DNA of 64,000 bases. Origin: Paragordius varius. Taxonomy: Eukaryota > Animalia > Nematomorpha. Numbering within the stretch: position 1 is the stretch's first letter; each line of letters starts with the position of its first letter. Below, piece after piece: positions 58,890-64,000 of this stretch. Both the position numbers and the translations under genes were made by a program. The stretch is from the NCBI GenBank assembly GCA_964247055.1, contig OZ176053.1, positions 10,726,001 through 10,790,000 of the forward strand. The letters run 5' to 3'. The notes under the pieces were generated by a model. That model was not told the DNA's origin. It saw only the letters and a list, made by a program, of their open reading frames with translations, and ran no database searches.

Positions 58890-61286
58890 GCGTGTCCCTT
58901 CAAATATTCGGTGGGCCACAACGTATATATCTATAATTTCAGTTGTCCCCAGGCCTAAATTTTTTTATATGAAATGTATTAAAATTATTTCAAAAGCTTG
59001 CTCTTGTATAATAGTGATTCAATATATACCTTATATCAGAAATACTCACCAAAAAAATTTAACGGGCCAAATAAAATATATTTTTTGAGGGCCATGAACC
59101 TTATAATGACAAATATTCCATAGCTTTTGGCACATCTGCATATATTTATACTCTGAAATGAAGTTTCTGCGGTCGCTTGTAAATCCAGCCAAACACTCGT
59201 TTTGCACCATTTAGTTTAAAAAATTGCGATATTGAAAAACATTTATTTTTATTTAACCAATAGTTTTTGACAAATTTGGTTTCGCATTATGACAGGCCAA
59301 TCTTAATACGTCGTCTATATGATCATCGGCTAAGCGATTTATGTGTGTATTCTTGACATACTTCATTTTTGAATATGCCGTCTCACACGCGTAGGTTGAG
59401 GGAAAAACAGTTAGGATAACTTAAGCACATTTTTTTATATTTTCTATTTATTTGGCACATCTTGCAATAACTCTACACATCTTTCTTTACGATTTTTCTT
59501 GAATATAGCCTCCAAATTTTAATCATTTTTAAAATCTACTTCTTTTTCAATAATATGCGCTTGATCAAAACCGAAATGCTTAAGTTGCCCAATTATGCCA
59601 TGAATTATTAACGAATGTTAAGCAATTTTTAATATTTCTGAACTCTTGAAATCTTAACATCTCATTAGATAAAAATGTTAATATAAGAGTGTTTTATTTA
59701 TAAAATCTTGTTTTTCTTCAAAAGCAAATATTTGATTAACAAATTGGGTTATTATTTTGCCGTGTAGACTTGTTGCAAGTTTATAAATAATGTTGCAAAA
59801 ATAGTAGGCTAATAAAACCCACCATTTGTCACTATTAATTTCTGTCATCTATAAATAATAGAATTTATGTCTTAAAACAAAAAATTTTGATACTTTGCTA
59901 AGGCGCCCTCTCACAGCTGTGTATCAAAGAATATCATCAAACTCAATATATATGAGAAGTTTTGGTTTACGGCGGTTGGTATTTCTTATTTTACACACGA
60001 AACCAAGTTATGCTGATGAATAAATCAGTAAAAGGATTAAATAATTTGCAAATCCTATTTATTTTTTGAAAGAGGAAGAATTGATTTGTTTATTCCAATA
60101 GAGGGACAGCCATCTGTGCAAATCGAAACCAATTTTTTCATAGATATACCATTATTATCGAAAAAAGTGGTAATTATTTTGAGAAAATCACTTTCTTGCG
60201 TGGTATTATTCATTGGTTAAAAATTTATATATTCCTCGTTAATTATGTTGTCTTACAAAATCTCACGAAGAACGCACATTGAGATGTTGAACAAATATCA
60301 GTGCTCGAATCAATAGCAATACTAAAATATTTGCAGTGTTTTGAGCCAATAATGTAGTTTTAAAAATATATTTAGACATATCTTCAATGCGTCGAGGCCA
60401 TGTTCAATCAGACAGTAGTTTATTGATTTGCCTCATAATTTGATCTTTATTATGGAATTTATCAAATAAAAAAGGGTAATCATTTATTAGACATTATTCT
60501 ATTCGTTATTTCATACGAGGCTAATGTTAGAGCCTTTTTGTGGGAGAAAGCTATATGATAGATTTTTCTTTCTGTTATAATTCCTTAATCTTTTTATATT
60601 TTTCGTTTCATTTCATCATGATTTTCTGGTAATTTCTGAGAATGATGGATTGTAAAATGTCTTTCAATATTGTATTTTTTTATAATTATGTCCTTACATA
60701 TAAGGCAGGTAATAATATTTTTATTTAAGACAACAAATTCTTCCCATTCTTTTATAAAGGAGCGATATTCATCGGATAATTTAAGTTGCATTAGATGTCA
60801 TTTTTTAAATTTATCTTTAAATATCATGTAAATTTTTTCAAAAATAGTAACATTAGAACTATAAAAAAAAACAAGTCGAAATGTAATGATGTTGATTTGA
60901 AAAATATTTTATGGCAATGAATTATAAAGAATGATGCAGGAGAGCAATGAAAAGAATATGTATATGCAAGTTTGGGTGAAAGACATGCTTAAATAGAAAA
61001 AAGGACAGCAATTTAAATTTCAAAATAGAAAAGAAAATAGAACACAACATAAACAACGTGTGTCAAAATTTTGATTCATTTTAATGTGGGGGAATTTTCT
61101 ACATTTCGAATTAAGTATTATAATTACCAAAATTTAATCCAATGAAAATAAATTATTAATATAAGCGAAACGTTTATGTGTATTATAAAAAATCATCAAT
61201 AAAAAATAACTTAAGTATCAATATGGTCATATGGCAATTTTAAAGCACTCTTAGGCCGCATGCGGCCCGCGGTTTGAGTACCACTG
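58890..61286 (-). mobile_element. hAT transposon (SPIN/Charlie/GTF2IRD2-like) with pseudogenised transposase at about 59253-60791
   Basis: N-terminal RSFIKEW...CLIC...KYNIERH, RRIEDMS...YFSIAIDSSTD, dimerisation motif FPSTYACETAYSKMK...RLADDHI, with stops. End GCGGCCCGCGGTTTGAGTACCACTG at 61286; the left boundary is approximate. Confidence 0.85.
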
Positions 61287-61892
61287 TATTTTATGGATAA
61301 CCCCAAAAGCAAAAATTTAGACAAGATCACGTTTTTACATTACCAAATTAATATGCCAATTAAACAAACTTTTCTGCCATAAATAAATAATTCTTTTGGC
61401 TTTCCAAAAAACACGAATGGCTATATAGTTGTTATATAAAAAACACTCCAAAATATTTTTATATACATTTTTTTCAAAATTAAATTTTATATTTTGGCTT
61501 ATTTGGGTTGGCTTATTCAAGTTAAGAGCATAAATTTGAATCGCAACTACGTGTTATAATCCGCCGCGATATCTGGTATAAAACCGTGCATAATATTTTG
61601 CAAAAGCTACGGCCAGAAAAATCAATTCAACGCCTTATGAGGCTTGCCGTACCACTGACCTAAATAATATATTAAAATAAGATTTTTTATTCAAAAATAT
61701 ATATAGGCTATAATTTTTTTATTGGGTTAGATTCAAAAAGTTTCTATTTTAGTCAGTAAGCTCACCTTTTTTAAATTTGGTTTTTATTCTAGTCAATCAT
61801 ATCAAGACATAAATCCATAAAAACACTGCAATATTTTCTTTGAGTTATTAATTATCCCCTTCGTTGGCTTTTTGAGATTACATTTCGATTAA

Positions 61893-62194
61893 CATTTGGA
61901 TACAACACAATATCAGTCCTTTGAATTAAATTGGGGTAATTAGATACCCCAAGCCTGTTAAAAATTAAATAATTTAAAAAATAAGGAACGAATTGAAACC
62001 ATGGCAAAAATTTGCACATTTACATTAATGAACCGAAACAACTTTTTCACTAAATTTTATTTAGATATTTTGGATTAGTTATATAATGTTTATAGGATAG
62101 TAGCATATATTTGAATTGGGACCGTTACTTTTGGTAGTTTTATATTCAACCTTTATATATTTTGAAGTATTTATATCCAATTTGAATCAAATTG
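61893..62194. mobile_element. TTAA-flanked MITE, copy 2 (internally deleted, inverted relative to copy 1)
   Basis: Both ends and the GGTCCCAATT...CCAAAATATCTAAATAAAAT block match 46394-46954 in reverse complement. Confidence 0.72.
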
Positions 62195-62803
62195 TTACAA
62201 TAATTTGAAGAACGAAAGTATTTAAAATAAATATTAACTTTGTAAACACATTTTAAAATTTACCTATTTTAAAATTATTTATAAAATTTTCTTGGAACAT
62301 TAAATAGCCTATAGTCGCTAATATAATATCAGTAAAAAGATTGAAGGATATTATCACACAACAGTAAATTATATGAGTAAAATTTTTCATCATAAAAATC
62401 ATTAACTATTCACAATTTTACGTATCTATCCTTTAAAGATTTTTTATATCTGTAATTCTGCCCCCTCACTATTGTAATATATAAAATTAACTATTGCACC
62501 TCAGATATATAAAGCAAAATGTATTTTTTATACATTTAATAAATTTTAATATATTAGATACCTTTTGTAATTAATAGTATTGACTATCAAATATATGAGT
62601 GCATTTGTTATTTATACAAAGTGACAAGTTTATAATTATTATTTAGATCAGATTAATCAAAAACTAAATGCTATGAATGTATATTATGTGTTCATGATTT
62701 GCAGTACAAACATTAAAAAATTCGATGCGATGCTTAGGTATATCACATAACATAATCATAATTGTTATCTTAAAACGCTAGGAATTATTTTTTACGCGTA
62801 TCG

Positions 62804-63876
62804 TTATAATTTAGCTTCCTCTGTTTCTGTAGGTAAACTTTGTGAATCCAACTGTTCATTAGGATCAAGATGCTGGGATTTTGGGGCATTGGAATGTGTA
62901 TTTATATAAGATCTGTATGTAAATACACATATTATTCAAAATCATTTATATTTTATTAAGCAAATAATACCGTATTTCATGAGTATTAGGTAATGATTCG
63001 TCTATGTTTTGTGAAGAACCGTGTAATGGAAAATTTTTGATCATAGCTGGAGTAGGGATTGGGCTATCAACATCTGTTTTCTCCATATCTTTTATCGAGA
63101 ACTTATGTTTTAACAAATTTCCCAAATCGGTGGATAATTGTTTAAGGGGTGCCATAGTTCCCGTACCGATACTATCTTTTTTGGCCATAAACTTATTTGA
63201 AACCTATGGAGAAAATTAATTTATTCCATTTTTATAATTGTATGAGTAAATGAGTAGGCTATTTAACTTCATTAATTACAAGTAACCAGATATAGCATAA
63301 ATATATGATAGAATTAAAACATCTTAATAATGTGACATATTATTAATTCAAAATAATATTTTGGATTTACTCATTCAAAAATTTAAGTACAAAGCTTACT
63401 GAAAAAATACACTAACTTCTGTTGGCAAAAAACCTGGTATTGTATCATCGTATTAAAACATTCATAACTTAAAATATTAATTTGTTTACGGATTGGAAAA
63501 ATATTCAATACTAAAATTAAATAAGGTTTTTGGGGGTTAAATAAGAGATTTAAATCATTCATGGAAATCGCCATAAAACAAACGCAAATATATAATGCGC
63601 ATAACAATAATTACTTGTTCTGATTGTGATGTATTGGAAGTGGCACGAGATCTGATATCTGCAGAAATGGTAGCCGCAGTTTTCATTTCTAAAAATTAAC
63701 CATTTTATATTTTAAATTTTTTGAACTAAATTCCTAAAAATTATTATTAATGAAAACATCAAAATTTATTGTTAGCCATTTGTGCAAAAAAATACTTTGC
63801 AATTTTTGTAACTGATTAAACTTGTCGCTAATGAATGTATCATCCTCATCGTCTAAACCATCTTTTGAATGGGTTT
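62804..63876 (-). CDS. 3' exons of an unidentified gene continuing beyond the window
   Basis: Four exons join in phase (...DGLDDEDDTF...LQ|KMKTAAT...SEQ|VSNKFMAKKD...THEI|RSYINT...EEAKL*), stop at 62804-62806. Low-complexity tail, no recognisable domain. Confidence 0.6.
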
Positions 63877-64000
63877 CTAAAGCATTAAAAAGTGTTCACT
63901 GATTAATGGCAAGCAGTTAAACATAATCTAATCTAATTTAATTTAAACAAAATAGTGCCCAAATAAGTAAAAAGAAACTCAAACCATTCAACTTTTCATC

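Overview
AT-rich metazoan nuclear DNA with spliced genes; no prokaryotic features or CRISPR. The organism cannot be named from the sequence. Exons were assembled by hand from GT/AG signals, reading-frame continuity and family motifs. Genes: (1) kinesin-3 KIF1A/unc-104 (+, 2619-25735, about 45 exons, several large lineage-specific insertions); (2) vanin/biotinidase-family amidohydrolase (-); (3) H-type ferritin (+) with a 5' iron-responsive element, only 97 bp head-to-head from the vanin ATG; (4) AGPAT1/2-type acyltransferase (+); (5) a signal-peptide-bearing neprilysin (M13)-like protein lacking its zinc motifs (-), with a possible nested antisense small gene; (6) DHX33-like DEAH helicase (-); (7) the 3' end of an unidentified gene (-). 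Introns hold two decayed Mos1-like mariners, a Tc1-like remnant, a hAT (SPIN/Charlie-type) transposase remnant with related MITEs, and a TTAA-flanked MITE pair. Two signals stand out. First, a cluster of foldback elements shares TATA|CCATTT termini and carries 21-bp-period subterminal arrays of three different sequences, one nested at the axis of another. Second, a class of 22-29-nt introns occurs in four genes and is absent from KIF1A and AGPAT.
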